Assembly: GCA_050014255.1 (NCBI GenBank)
Contig: JBEKDR010000002.1
Location: 267 to 64,266 of the forward strand
DNA length: 64,000 nt
Source: Bacteroidales bacterium
Lineage (GTDB): Bacteria > Bacteroidota > Bacteroidia > Bacteroidales > VadinHA17
Reading direction: 5' to 3'
A program made the translations under genes and the position numbers. The notes under the pieces were generated by a model. It worked only from the letters and a program-made list of their open reading frames with translations. It had not been told where the DNA came from and did not search any database. Positions 1 to 10,496 of the stretch are shown here, one piece after another (positions within the stretch are counted from its first letter, which is position 1; every line of letters begins with the position of its first letter).

Positions 1-495
<495 letters not shown>

Positions 496-498
496 TAT

Positions 499-1788
499 AT
501 GTACAATAAACTAATTAATAAGGAGACTAAACTTTCAGTCATAGGCCTTGGTTATGTTGGCCTGCCCATCGCTCTTGAATTTGCAAAGCAAATCAGTGTT
601 GTCGGCTTTGATATTAAACCCGAAAGGGTCGCTTTAATGAAAAAGGGTATAGATCCCAGCCATGAACTTACTTCTGAGGCATTTAAAAATACCGATATTG
701 TTCTTACTAGCGATCCTTCAGATTTAAAAACTGCTTCATTTCATATCATTGCTGTTCCTACTCCTACTACAAAGAATAATCTGCCCGACCTTATGCCGGT
801 TCTTAAAGCATCTGAAACGGTTGGCAGAATCTTAAAGAAAGGAGATTATGTAGTATATGAATCAACTGTTTACCCCGGCTGTACCGAAGATGATTGTATT
901 CCTGTACTGGAGAGGTATTCTGAATTAAAATGCGGCATTGACTTTAAGGTTGGGTTCTCACCTGAAAGAATAAATCCGGGGGACAGTAATCACACTCTGA
1001 CTAAAATTGTAAAAGTTACAAGCGGATGCGATGCTGAATCGGCTGAAAACATCGCCAAAACTTACGAACTTATCATCAAAGCTGGTGTACACAGGGCAAG
1101 CTCAATTAAGGTGGCAGAGTCGGCTAAAATAATTGAAAATACACAGCGTGACATTAATATCGCATTTATGAATGAATTGTCTATTATTTTTAACAGACTG
1201 GGTGTCAATACATATGAAGTACTCGAAGCAGCAGGTACAAAATGGAACTTCCTTAAATTTTATCCTGGTCTGGTTGGAGGACATTGTATTGGCGTCGATC
1301 CTTATTATCTTTCATTCAAGGCAAAAGCACTGGGATATCACCCTCAGATGATTGATTCAGGAAGGTTTGTCAATGATAGCATGGGCGGATATATTGGAAA
1401 ACAGACTGTCAAAAAAATAATTGCTGCAGGTAAGAATATTAAGGATTCACGTGTTCTGATTATGGGGATTACCTTTAAAGAAGATGTTACAGATATCCGT
1501 AATTCTAAAGTAATGGATATTATCAAAGAGCTGGATGATTTCGGTATATCAGTTGATGTAATCGATCCTGGAGCCGGGAAGCATGAGGTTAAGGAAGAAT
1601 ATCAAATTGATCTGAAAGCACAACCCTCAGGAAAATACGATGCTATAATACTGGCCGTAAGTCATAAAGAATATCTAAAACTGGATGAATCATTTTTTGC
1701 TCCTTTGCTGGACAGGGATGGGATTGTTGTCGATGTAAAAGGTGTTCTTCGTGGAAAAATTAAAAATCATAACTACTGGAGCCTGTAA
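499..1788 (+). CDS. Nucleotide-sugar 6-dehydrogenase (UDP-GlcNAc/UDP-GalNAc dehydrogenase type; WbpA/WbpO/TviB-like)
   Basis: 429 aa. N-terminal Rossmann motif LSVIGLGYVGLPIALEFA and catalytic-Cys motif GGHCIGVDPYYL. Sits in a polysaccharide sugar gene context. Confidence 0.85.
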   Translation: MYNKLINKETKLSVIGLGYVGLPIALEFAKQISVVGFDIKPERVALMKKGIDPSHELTSEAFKNTDIVLTSDPSDLKTASFHIIAVPTPTTKNNLPDLMPVLKASETVGRILKKGDYVVYESTVYPGCTEDDCIPVLERYSELKCGIDFKVGFSPERINPGDSNHTLTKIVKVTSGCDAESAENIAKTYELIIKAGVHRASSIKVAESAKIIENTQRDINIAFMNELSIIFNRLGVNTYEVLEAAGTKWNFLKFYPGLVGGHCIGVDPYYLSFKAKALGYHPQMIDSGRFVNDSMGGYIGKQTVKKIIAAGKNIKDSRVLIMGITFKEDVTDIRNSKVMDIIKELDDFGISVDVIDPGAGKHEVKEEYQIDLKAQPSGKYDAIILAVSHKEYLKLDESFFAPLLDRDGIVVDVKGVLRGKIKNHNYWSL

Positions 1789-1874
1789 ATGAAAAAATAA
1801 TTCTGGTAACCGGGGGGACCGGTTATATTGGTTCACATACATCCGTTGAACTGATCGAGGAGGGGTTTGAGGTA

Positions 1875-2819
1875 ATGATTATTGACAACCTGTGCAACTC
1901 TAAAGCAGATGTGGTTGACAGAATACATAAGATAACCGGAGTAAAACCACTTCTGGAAGTTTTCGACCTGTGTGACCGGAAAAAACTTAACAGCTTTATT
2001 CAGAAGCATAAAGACATCTCAGCTGTCATCCACTTTGCAGCCTTTAAAGCTGTTGGTGAGTCGGTCAAAAAACCCCTTGATTATTACCGGAATAATCTTT
2101 TATCATTGATTAATCTGCTGGAAGTAATGAAATGCTATCGTATTCCCGACCTGGTATTCTCATCCTCCTGCACAGTCTACGGACAACCGGAGAAGCTTCC
2201 GGTAACTGAAGATGCTCCACTGCAACCTGCCACTTCCCCGTATGGAAATACGAAACAGATAGGGGAAGCAATAATAAGGGATACAACCATATCCGACAAA
2301 AACGTTAAAGCAATTTCATTAAGATATTTTAATCCGATCGGGGCACACGCTTCGTCTCTGATAGGAGAACTACCGGAAGGTGTTCCGGAAAATCTTGTTC
2401 CATATTTGACGCAAACCGGAATTGGCATAAGGGAAGAACTCAAGGTTTTCGGGGATGATTATGACACACCTGACGGATCATGCATCAGAGATTACCTTCA
2501 TGTTGTCGATCTCGCAAAAGCACATGTAATTGCTTTAAAAAGGCTTATTGAAGGGAAAAACAAGATAAATTATGAAGTCTTTAACCTTGGTACTGGAAAT
2601 GGTGTTTCTGTTCTTGAAGCTATAAAATCATTTGAGCGCGTTTCTGGAATCAAATTGAAGTACAAAATCGTAGGAAGAAGAGCCGGAGATATTGAAAAAA
2701 TATGGGCCGATCCGTCCTATGCGAACAGAGAACTGGGTTGGAGGACCTTAAGTTCTCTTGATGAGGCAATGAAAACAGCCTGGGATTGGGAAAAGGCCGT
2801 CAGGAATAATAAATTGTAA
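1875..2819 (+). CDS. galE: UDP-glucose 4-epimerase GalE; the first in-frame ATG lies downstream of the Rossmann motif, so the true 5' end is probably near 1789 with a 1-nt frame problem in an A6 run
   Basis: 314 aa with the SSSCTVYG and YGNTK (YxxxK) motifs. The same frame is open upstream from 1773 and encodes ILVTGGTGYIGSHTSVELIEEGFEV, but contains no ATG/GTG/TTG. The ATG at 1789 is out of frame by one base. Confidence 0.85.
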   Translation: MIIDNLCNSKADVVDRIHKITGVKPLLEVFDLCDRKKLNSFIQKHKDISAVIHFAAFKAVGESVKKPLDYYRNNLLSLINLLEVMKCYRIPDLVFSSSCTVYGQPEKLPVTEDAPLQPATSPYGNTKQIGEAIIRDTTISDKNVKAISLRYFNPIGAHASSLIGELPEGVPENLVPYLTQTGIGIREELKVFGDDYDTPDGSCIRDYLHVVDLAKAHVIALKRLIEGKNKINYEVFNLGTGNGVSVLEAIKSFERVSGIKLKYKIVGRRAGDIEKIWADPSYANRELGWRTLSSLDEAMKTAWDWEKAVRNNKL

Positions 2820-2821
2820 TT

Positions 2822-3877
2822 ATGAAAAGAACGATTCTCATTACGGGTGGTGCAGGGTTTATTGGCTCGCATGTTGTCAGAAGATTCGTTGGCAAATATC
2901 CTGAATACCTTATTGTTAATGCTGATAAGCTTACTTATGCCGGGAACCTGGAAAACCTCTTCGATATCGAAAATGAAAAGAATTATAGATTTGAAAAAAC
3001 TGATATTGTAGATGAACAATCTGTCCTTGATCTTTTCGAAAAGTACTACTTCGACGGAGTAATACATCTTGCTGCCGAATCCCATGTAGATCGTTCAATT
3101 ACAGGACCTGATGAATTTGTTTTTACTAATATCGTCGGCACTGTAAATCTGCTTAATGCAGCGCTTAATAACTGGAAGAACGCATTCGAAGGAAAGCTCT
3201 TCTATCATATTTCGACTGATGAGGTTTATGGTTCACTCGGTAAAGAAGGGCTCTTCACAGAAAAAACTGCATACGATCCCAGAAGCCCTTATTCTGCCTC
3301 GAAGGCAAGCTCCGACCATATGGTAAAAGCTTATAATCATACATTCGGAGTTCCAGCCGTTATCTCAAATTGTTCTAATAACTACGGGCCAAACCAGTTT
3401 CCCGAAAAACTTATCCCTCTTGCAATAAACAATATAAAGAATAACAAACCTGTCCCTGTTTACGGAAAAGGTGAAAATATACGTGACTGGCTATATGTCG
3501 AAGATCACGCTTCAGCAATTGATCTTATTTTTCATAAGGGGAAGGTTGGGGAAACGTATAATATTGGTGGTAATAATGAATGGAAAAATCTTGATCTGAT
3601 ACTTCTTCTTTGCAGAATAATGGATAAGAAACTTAAGCGTGTCATAGGTACATCCGAAAAGCTTATAACCTATGTAAAAGACAGACCCGGACACGATCTG
3701 AGATATGCAATTGACTCCTCCAAATTACAGAAAGAACTAGGCTGGTCACCGATCCCTGATTTTGCTGATGGTCTGGAAAGGACCGTCGAATGGTATCTTG
3801 CAAATACAAAATGGCTCGACGGGGTACTATCGGGTGATTATAGTAAGTACTATGAACGGATGTATTCAGGCAGATAA
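2822..3877 (+). CDS. rfbB: dTDP-glucose 4,6-dehydratase
   Basis: 351 aa. Motifs ILITGGAGFIGSH and YSASKASSDH (YxxxK). Length and C-terminal region are typical of RmlB. Confidence 0.9.
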   Translation: MKRTILITGGAGFIGSHVVRRFVGKYPEYLIVNADKLTYAGNLENLFDIENEKNYRFEKTDIVDEQSVLDLFEKYYFDGVIHLAAESHVDRSITGPDEFVFTNIVGTVNLLNAALNNWKNAFEGKLFYHISTDEVYGSLGKEGLFTEKTAYDPRSPYSASKASSDHMVKAYNHTFGVPAVISNCSNNYGPNQFPEKLIPLAINNIKNNKPVPVYGKGENIRDWLYVEDHASAIDLIFHKGKVGETYNIGGNNEWKNLDLILLLCRIMDKKLKRVIGTSEKLITYVKDRPGHDLRYAIDSSKLQKELGWSPIPDFADGLERTVEWYLANTKWLDGVLSGDYSKYYERMYSGR

Positions 3878-3908
3878 TACTTCAAATTATTATAACAATC
3901 AGGATAAC

Positions 3909-5744
3909 TTATTCTACGGTTACCGACTTAGCAAGGTTCCTGGGCTGGTCAACATTACACCCTCTTAACACAGCAATATGGTATGAAAGTAATTGAAGTG
4001 GGATCACTGCGAGCAAGCCTGAGAAGATAGGAAGTGTTTCAGGGACTTCAAGAACATAATCAGCCATCTTACTGATTATTTCATCACCTTCTGTGACAAT
4101 TGCGATTACTTTTCCTTTTCTCGCTTTAATCTCCTGAATGTTACTCACAATCTTTTCATAAGTGTCATCTTTTGTTGCAACTACAACAACAGGCATATTT
4201 TCATCGATAAGGGCAATCGGACCATGTTTCATTTCTGCAGCAGGATAGCCTTCAGCATGAATATATGATATCTCCTTCAGTTTAAGAGCTCCCTCAAGTG
4301 CAACAGGGAAGAGATATCCTCTTCCAAGGTAAAGAGCATTATGTGTATTTTGAAAAACTTTTGCAAGTTCAAGAGCCTGGTTGTTTATTTTAAGAGCATT
4401 CTCGATTTTACCCGGAATTGCTGCCAGTTCAGTTATAAGTTCTTTATACGCTGAATCGGAGATGATTCCTTTCTTATGACCGATAACAAATGCCATCATT
4501 GACAGAACCAAAACTTGTGTGGTAAATGCTTTTGTTGATGCAACACCGATTTCCGGGCCCGCATGCGTATAAACACCTGCATCAGTTTCCCGTGGAATAC
4601 TGCTGCCTACAACATTACATATTCCGATGACTTTAGCTCCTTTCTCCTTTGCAAGTTTAACAGCAGCAAGGGTATCGGCTGTTTCCCCGCTCTGGCTTAT
4701 TGCAATTACAAAATCGCCTTTCTTTATTATCGGATTCCTGTAACGGAATTCTGATGCATATTCCACCTCAACCGGAATGCGGGTGTATTCTTCAAAAATA
4801 TATTCCCCAACCAGTCCGGCATGCCAGGAAGTACCACAGGCGATTATTATAATTCTTTCCGCCTGGGTCATTGGCTCAAGAACGCTATGCAGACCTCCAA
4901 GCATTACACCTGAATAATCAGGTAGTACCCTGCCCCTGAAAGTATCATGAATCGCCCTCGGCTGTTCAAAAATTTCTTTCAGCATAAAATGAGCAAAACC
5001 TTCTTTGTCAATCTCCCCAATCTTAAGATCCAGTTCTTTGACTTCAGGCTGGATCTTTTCTGTTCTAATGGTTTTAAGAATAAGTTCATCTTTCTTTATT
5101 ATAGCGATATCGTCATCATTCAGATAGATTACCCTTTGAGTATATTCAACAATCGGTGTGGCATCGGAAGCAATAAAGTTTTCGCCTTCTCCAACTCCTA
5201 TGACAAGAGGGCTTCCTTTCTTGGCAGCAAATAGTCTGTCTGGCTCTTTGGTGCATATTATTACAAGGCCATACGCTCCTTCAACCCTATTGAGGGCCAG
5301 CGTAATAGCCTGTTCAGCAGTGAGATCACCCTCGAGGTACATATGTTCAATTAGATTAGCAAGAACTTCTGTATCTGTCTGACTTGTGAATTTTACACCC
5401 CTGCTCTCCAGGTGTTTCTTGAGACGTGCATAATTCTCAATTATACCGTTATGCACTACAATGAAGTTGCCTTTATAGGAGACCTGCGGATGGGCATTAA
5501 GTTCATTAGGTTCGCCATGGGTGGCCCACCTGGTATGCCCCATTCCTGTTGTACCGTTAAAATTGGATTTATTAACAAGATCCTCCAGGTCTTTTACTCT
5601 GCCTGCGCATTTAAATATTTTTGTTTCTCCGTTTACGAGCGCCATGCCGGCAGAATCATATCCGCGATATTCAAGTCTTTTCAGGCCGGTAATAATTATT
5701 TCACGGGCTTCTTTTGATCCTATATAACCAATAATTCCGCACAT
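3909..5744 (-). CDS. glmS: Glutamine--fructose-6-phosphate aminotransferase (isomerizing)
   Basis: The ORF reads MNMCGIIGYIG. The family needs Cys directly after the initiator Met, so the start is placed at the MCGIIGY Met (5744). Two SIS domains follow, and the C-terminus KSVTVE is typical. Confidence 0.95.
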   Translation of the reverse strand: MCGIIGYIGSKEAREIIITGLKRLEYRGYDSAGMALVNGETKIFKCAGRVKDLEDLVNKSNFNGTTGMGHTRWATHGEPNELNAHPQVSYKGNFIVVHNGIIENYARLKKHLESRGVKFTSQTDTEVLANLIEHMYLEGDLTAEQAITLALNRVEGAYGLVIICTKEPDRLFAAKKGSPLVIGVGEGENFIASDATPIVEYTQRVIYLNDDDIAIIKKDELILKTIRTEKIQPEVKELDLKIGEIDKEGFAHFMLKEIFEQPRAIHDTFRGRVLPDYSGVMLGGLHSVLEPMTQAERIIIIACGTSWHAGLVGEYIFEEYTRIPVEVEYASEFRYRNPIIKKGDFVIAISQSGETADTLAAVKLAKEKGAKVIGICNVVGSSIPRETDAGVYTHAGPEIGVASTKAFTTQVLVLSMMAFVIGHKKGIISDSAYKELITELAAIPGKIENALKINNQALELAKVFQNTHNALYLGRGYLFPVALEGALKLKEISYIHAEGYPAAEMKHGPIALIDENMPVVVVATKDDTYEKIVSNIQEIKARKGKVIAIVTEGDEIISKMADYVLEVPETLPIFSGLLAVIPLQLLSYHIAVLRGCNVDQPRNLAKSVTVE

Positions 5745-5798
5745 ATTCAATAAGTTTTAGAATGCTAGTACGAAATTAGTTATTCCGGTTCACAAAAT

Positions 5799-7190
5799 CT
5801 AGAACTTGGTATAGGTAAATTCAAATTTAACAGAAGTTTTGTTTTTATTGGCGTTCATAACAACATTCTTTGTTCCTGTCCCCTGAAAAATATCGAGCTC
5901 AGGTTCTAAAGTATTTGTAGCATCTTCGAGATATTCCTGGACATATTCAGGTATATTGAAATTATATACATAGGCTATGGAATCGAGCTTCCCGTCAAAG
6001 AAGCTGTGAGTAAGATCTATAGACGATGCCAGTGAATAGTCAGGCACTGTATATTTGGTTCCGCTTTTGCTTCTGTATCTCAGAAAAAGCTGTGAGGGCA
6101 CAAGAGGAGTAATATAGGGATTAATTGTGGTCGCTTTGAAATGGACCGGAACAACCAGCCTGGCTCTGTTGACTGCAATTTTACCTAATGAAATATCATC
6201 TTTTATTTTCCTGAGTCCCGGTAAGTACAATTTTGTATAAACTCCGTCAAGACATTGCACGTAAGAGAGCGTGTCTCTGTAAGTTGTATTTCTGTGCGCC
6301 ATCTTATCTCCAAGGGTGGCAGTACTGAAATCATGAGAGAACATGTTAAAATTTGCGTTCGTGTTCTTAGCGTCCAGCAGGAACGAATATTGTTTTGAAG
6401 TACCTGTTGTATCGTGAGTGAATAAAACAAAATAATTATAATAATTTGTCTGGTTCGATACCAGGCTTATAGAAATGAGGAAGGGATTAGCAGTATATGA
6501 ATTCAACTTAAAATATAATCCCTTGAAAAAAGCCCGGAAATCAGGTGCGTTATTATTGTAAAATAATTTTGTTGTATCGCGTGTAAGATAATTCCCGAAT
6601 GCAATCCCTTTTCCCGGCAAATTCAGTTCAATATCGTTTATTGTATCGGCCCTCAGCGTTGGTAGAGGAATATCGGTCACACTAAAACCTGTCAGAGGTA
6701 CAGGCGTGTTAGGATAGTAGGCAGTATCCAGATAAATCTGGTTTGCTATTTCGTAGAAGCTTAAAGTATTTATAATGTCAGTTATACCCCCCTTATTAGT
6801 CAATATATGCAAAAATAATTTCATTGAATCAACGGTAAATGGTTGACCATCCCATTTAGCGCTGAGTCTTATTTGTGAAACAAATCCGGCCGTGGTGGTC
6901 CCAAAATATGGATCATAATCGGTTCCAATATAAGAAACAGGCGACAGGTCGGTTCGTGCTGAATCATCGTACATTGTATAAGAAAAAACACTTAAGGTAT
7001 CAGTGGATTTTATTGATACAAAATCGCCATTGGGAAGAATATCACTCCCAAGGTTTAATACCTCTTTCTTACATGAACTGGCTAAAACAGTTATCATTGT
7101 AAAAAGTGTCGCGAGGAATATTCTGAAGAGATTTTGAGAGACAGAAACAATTCTGTAAGTGTGTCGGGATCTATTATAATATCTTGTCAT
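5799..7190 (-). CDS. Lipoprotein, DUF4270-like (conserved partner of glmS and the short glgA-like gene in Bacteroidota)
   Basis: Start chosen at Met17 of the ORF (7190). This gives the signal MTRYYNRSRHTYRIVSVSQNLFRIFLATLFTMITVLASSC with a lipobox Cys. The position between the glgA-like gene and glmS matches known synteny. The family call is from memory. Confidence 0.5.
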   Translation of the reverse strand: MTRYYNRSRHTYRIVSVSQNLFRIFLATLFTMITVLASSCKKEVLNLGSDILPNGDFVSIKSTDTLSVFSYTMYDDSARTDLSPVSYIGTDYDPYFGTTTAGFVSQIRLSAKWDGQPFTVDSMKLFLHILTNKGGITDIINTLSFYEIANQIYLDTAYYPNTPVPLTGFSVTDIPLPTLRADTINDIELNLPGKGIAFGNYLTRDTTKLFYNNNAPDFRAFFKGLYFKLNSYTANPFLISISLVSNQTNYYNYFVLFTHDTTGTSKQYSFLLDAKNTNANFNMFSHDFSTATLGDKMAHRNTTYRDTLSYVQCLDGVYTKLYLPGLRKIKDDISLGKIAVNRARLVVPVHFKATTINPYITPLVPSQLFLRYRSKSGTKYTVPDYSLASSIDLTHSFFDGKLDSIAYVYNFNIPEYVQEYLEDATNTLEPELDIFQGTGTKNVVMNANKNKTSVKFEFTYTKF

Positions 7191-7977
7191 AAAAATCATT
7201 ATAGGCATCAATATATTCGGTCTCATCCTTAAATTCAAGAACCGGTTTGTTAACTGTAATCAGGTATTTTTTCAATTCTTCATTAATATCCTCGCTACCG
7301 ATAATGATTCCGTCAGAATATTTGATAGCCAATTTTGACACATTGACAAAATCTGGTTTCTTAACCAATTTAAGGTTTTCCCCATCTATTCCATCGAACC
7401 GCAGTTTATCAGCGAATGTTGATCTAAACGGAGTTTTAAAATCATTATTGTAAATGGAATAGATTATTTTGTAACTATGAAAAAGCGGATCATCATTGTA
7501 TATACTTCGCAGGTAAACCGGCACCAGTGCTGACATCCATCCGTGGCAATGCACAATATCTGGTGCCCATCTTAGTTTCTTAACAGTTTCAATTACACCT
7601 CTTGCAAAAAACAGTGCCCTTTCATCATTATCTTCAAATTCTCTCCCCGAAGCATCGCTGATGATATGTTTTCTCTGGAAATAATCATCATTATCAATAA
7701 AATAGACCTGCATCCGTGCGGATTGAATCGAAGCAACTTTTATTATAAGCGGATGGTCGGTATCGTCTATAATCAGATTCATTCCCGAAAGCCGGATCAC
7801 TTCGTGAAGCTGATTTCTTCTTTCATTGATACAACCATACCGCGGCATGAAAGTCCGGATCTCTTTGCCTCTTTCCTGAATGCCCTGGGGGAGAAATCTT
7901 CCGATCTTCGACAACTTTGTTTCACCTAAGTACGGAGTGATCTCTTGTGAAATGAATAATACCTTCCTGCTTTCCAT
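7174..7977 (-). CDS. Short glycogen/starch-synthase-like protein (GT5 N-terminal domain only)
   Basis: The N-terminus MESRKVLFISQEITPYLGETKLSKIGR resembles the GlgA N-terminus, and HCHGWMSALVP is also present. About 267 aa, as in the Bacteroidota short form. A TAnnTTTG box lies at 8013-8020 on the minus strand. Confidence 0.65.
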   Translation of the reverse strand: MESRKVLFISQEITPYLGETKLSKIGRFLPQGIQERGKEIRTFMPRYGCINERRNQLHEVIRLSGMNLIIDDTDHPLIIKVASIQSARMQVYFIDNDDYFQRKHIISDASGREFEDNDERALFFARGVIETVKKLRWAPDIVHCHGWMSALVPVYLRSIYNDDPLFHSYKIIYSIYNNDFKTPFRSTFADKLRFDGIDGENLKLVKKPDFVNVSKLAIKYSDGIIIGSEDINEELKKYLITVNKPVLEFKDETEYIDAYNDFYDKIL

Positions 7978-8012
7978 TTCCCTGCCTGGATATACCATTT
8001 CGATTTAAGGTG

Positions 8013-8020
8013 CAAAGATA
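8013..8020 (-). promoter_or_regulatory. Bacteroidetes-type -7 promoter box (TATCTTTG) for the glgA-like / DUF4270 / glmS unit
   Basis: The reverse complement of caaagata matches TAnnTTTG. It lies 15-36 nt upstream of the candidate start codons. Confidence 0.45.
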
Positions 8021-8160
8021 GTAAAAATTAATAACATAATAAAAATGCGGATTTTCAAAAAGAACCCATAATTAGCTTTAACCGGGTGACTTTTAAATTT
8101 ATTAATAAAGTCATTCGAGGGATTTTACGAAGGTTTACCAAGATTATGAATTAAACAGAT

Positions 8161-8168
8161 TAAGTTTG
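8161..8168 (+). promoter_or_regulatory. -7 promoter box (TAAGTTTG) for panC
   Basis: Exact TAnnTTTG match 18 nt upstream of the panC ATG. Confidence 0.45.
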
Positions 8169-8185
8169 TAAAAAAATCAAAAATA

Positions 8186-9043
8186 ATGAAGGTCATAAGT
8201 ACTGTCATTGAACTGCAAACCAGGTTAAAAGAAATGCATCTTTCTCCTGTTGGATTTGTCCCAACCATGGGTGCCCTCCATGAAGGTCATTTATCGCTGG
8301 TACAGTGCGCTTCAAAGCAATGTCCGGCAGTCGTTGTAAGCATTTTTGTAAACCCTACTCAATTCAACGACAAAAATGATCTGAAAAATTATCCAAGAAC
8401 ACCTGATAATGATCTTGCACTTCTTGAGAAAGTCCTTAGAGAAACTGATTTTGTATTTATTCCTGACGTCAAAGAGATATACCCCGAAGAAGATAAACGT
8501 AAATTTCATTTTGGGAACCTCGATAATGTAATGGAAGCTCTTCACCGTCCGGGTCATTTTAATGGTGTTGCACAGGTTGTCAGCAGATTATTCGAAATTG
8601 TCAAACCTGATATTGCTATTTTTGGTTTGAAGGACTTTCAGCAACTTGCCGTTATTAAAGCTCTGGTAAAACAGACAGGCAATAAGGTGAAAATAATAAG
8701 CAATCCTATCATCCGTGAGAATGACGGATTGGCGATGAGCAGCAGGAACCGTCTGCTTGAACCGGAAATCAGATCCAAGGCAGCAATAATCTATAAAACT
8801 ATTTCCCCTGTCACCAAGTTGATTAAAAATCACGATATAACTGAAATTAAATCTTTCGTAAGGGACAGTATTGAAGCCGTTCCCGGATTCAAAGTTGAAT
8901 ATTTTGAGATTGTGGATGATACAGACCTGATCCCTCTGGGCACAAAAGATGAAATGAGAAAAGATAAACGGTATTTCGGATGCATTGCGGTAGTTGCAGG
9001 GAATATACGTCTGATAGATAATATTGAAATAGGATTGGTCTGA
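8186..9043 (+). CDS. panC: Pantoate--beta-alanine ligase
   Basis: 285 aa with VPTMGALHEGHLSL (HIGH-like motif) and typical PanC length. Confidence 0.95.
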   Translation: MKVISTVIELQTRLKEMHLSPVGFVPTMGALHEGHLSLVQCASKQCPAVVVSIFVNPTQFNDKNDLKNYPRTPDNDLALLEKVLRETDFVFIPDVKEIYPEEDKRKFHFGNLDNVMEALHRPGHFNGVAQVVSRLFEIVKPDIAIFGLKDFQQLAVIKALVKQTGNKVKIISNPIIRENDGLAMSSRNRLLEPEIRSKAAIIYKTISPVTKLIKNHDITEIKSFVRDSIEAVPGFKVEYFEIVDDTDLIPLGTKDEMRKDKRYFGCIAVVAGNIRLIDNIEIGLV

Positions 9044-9057
9044 ACCAAAAGGTTAAT

Positions 9058-9065
9058 TACATTTG
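9058..9065 (+). promoter_or_regulatory. -7 promoter box (TACATTTG) for panD
   Basis: Exact TAnnTTTG match 33 nt upstream of the ATG at 9098. Confidence 0.4.
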
Positions 9066-9097
9066 CACTTTAATCAGGATTGACAAGATATCAAAAC

Positions 9098-9448
9098 ATG
9101 TTAATAGAAGTAATAAAATCAAAAATCCACAAGGTTACAATTACAGGGGCTAACCTCAATTATATCGGAAGTATAACAATAGACGAGGATCTCATTGATG
9201 CAGCAAACCTGATAGAAAATGAAAAAGTCCAAGTTTTAGACCTTAACAATGGAGAACGTCTTGAGACATATGTAATAAAAGGGGTCCGCGGATCAGGTGA
9301 AATCTGCCTTAACGGCGCTGCAGCCAGAAAGGTTCTTATTGGTGATATTATCATCATTATGTCGTTTGCGTTACTCGATTTTCAGGAAGCGAAATCTTTT
9401 AAACCGACAGTCATTTTCCCCGATACTAAAACCAATAAACTGATCTGA
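9098..9448 (+). CDS. panD: Aspartate 1-decarboxylase
   Basis: [29 protein letters not shown] contains the self-processing Gly-Ser site. The ATG at 9098 is preferred over the upstream TTG at 9080. Confidence 0.9.
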   Translation: MLIEVIKSKIHKVTITGANLNYIGSITIDEDLIDAANLIENEKVQVLDLNNGERLETYVIKGVRGSGEICLNGAAARKVLIGDIIIIMSFALLDFQEAKSFKPTVIFPDTKTNKLI

Positions 9449-9450
9449 AA

Positions 9451-10479
9451 TTGAGAAAAGGTATTCTGCAGACCCTTAAGTTTATAGCTTTCTTTGCCGT
9501 TGGAATGCTCCTGCTGTGGTTCGCATTCCATAATATTGACTTTTCAAAACTTTGGGCAGAATTGAAAGAAGCTGATTATTCATGGCTCTTTCTATCACTT
9601 CTATTTGCATCGTTTGCTTTTATAAGCCGTGCAAGAAGATGGGTACTCCTTGTAAACCCTCTCGGTTACAATCCTTCAACCAGAAATGCTTTTTATGCAT
9701 TGATGACCGGGTACATGGCAAATCTTGCTTTACCAAGGATCGGAGAAATCACACGGTGTGTGGCACTGGGCAAAAAGGAAAAGATTCCTGTCGATCAGCT
9801 GATAGGAACAGTAGTCATTGAGCGCACTATTGACTTTCTCTCCCTTTTGACCATAATGATAATCATGATATTTACCAGCGGAGAAAAAATAGGTTTGTTC
9901 CTCAAAGAAAGTATTCTCTTACCGATCAGGCAAAAAGTATTTTCCATCTTTGGAAACACCTGGATTCTCTGGGTGATTCTCTTTTCGCTTGGAGTAATTA
10001 CCCTGTTTCTTATGATCAGGTACAAAAAAAGGTTGCGTAACATTCGTTTTTTTTCAAAAATGTTCGATCTGGCTCGCGGAATAATTAACGGACTTACAAC
10101 AATTACCAATCTAAAAAGAAAATGGGAATTCATTTTCCATACTATATTCATCTGGATCAACTATACACTTATGACCTGGGTAGTGGTATTCTCACTTCCA
10201 AGTACCTCACATCTGACTTTCGGAAATAGTATTTTCATACTGGTAATTGGAGGGCTTGCCATGTCGGCCCCGGTTCAGAGCGGACTCGGCGCATTTCATT
10301 ATATTGTTTCACGCGGTCTCCTAATTGTTAACGGAATACCTGTTGAAGACGGATTGGCATATGCATTATTAACTCATGAGTCGCAACTGATTTATATTGC
10401 AATTATCGGAGCAATATCATTCTTTACTATTTTCAGAAAAGATAAGGGAAACCCCCCGACTCCCCAGGGGGGCGAATAA
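9451..10479 (+). CDS. Multi-pass membrane protein, flippase-like / lysylphosphatidylglycerol-synthase transmembrane-region family
   Basis: 342 aa with about 8 predicted hydrophobic helices. TTG start 3 nt after the panD stop. The last 8 codons (PPTPQGGE) are encoded by a C6/G6 hairpin repeat. Confidence 0.55.
   Translation: MRKGILQTLKFIAFFAVGMLLLWFAFHNIDFSKLWAELKEADYSWLFLSLLFASFAFISRARRWVLLVNPLGYNPSTRNAFYALMTGYMANLALPRIGEITRCVALGKKEKIPVDQLIGTVVIERTIDFLSLLTIMIIMIFTSGEKIGLFLKESILLPIRQKVFSIFGNTWILWVILFSLGVITLFLMIRYKKRLRNIRFFSKMFDLARGIINGLTTITNLKRKWEFIFHTIFIWINYTLMTWVVVFSLPSTSHLTFGNSIFILVIGGLAMSAPVQSGLGAFHYIVSRGLLIVNGIPVEDGLAYALLTHESQLIYIAIIGAISFFTIFRKDKGNPPTPQGGE
10452..10472. repeat. GC-rich hairpin (CCCCCC-gactcccca-GGGGGG) at the 3' end of the membrane-protein gene
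   Basis: A C6 run at 10452-10457 and a G6 run at 10467-10472 in an otherwise AT-rich context. Same style as the other dispersed C/G hairpins. Confidence 0.6.
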
Positions 10480-10496
10480 GGGTGGAGTAAAAGATT

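Noticed and set aside
3762-3968. A 68-aa plus-strand ORF spanning the rfbB 3' end and the glmS 3' end.
   Set aside because: It overlaps two well-supported genes in alternative frame and strand, and has no start context.
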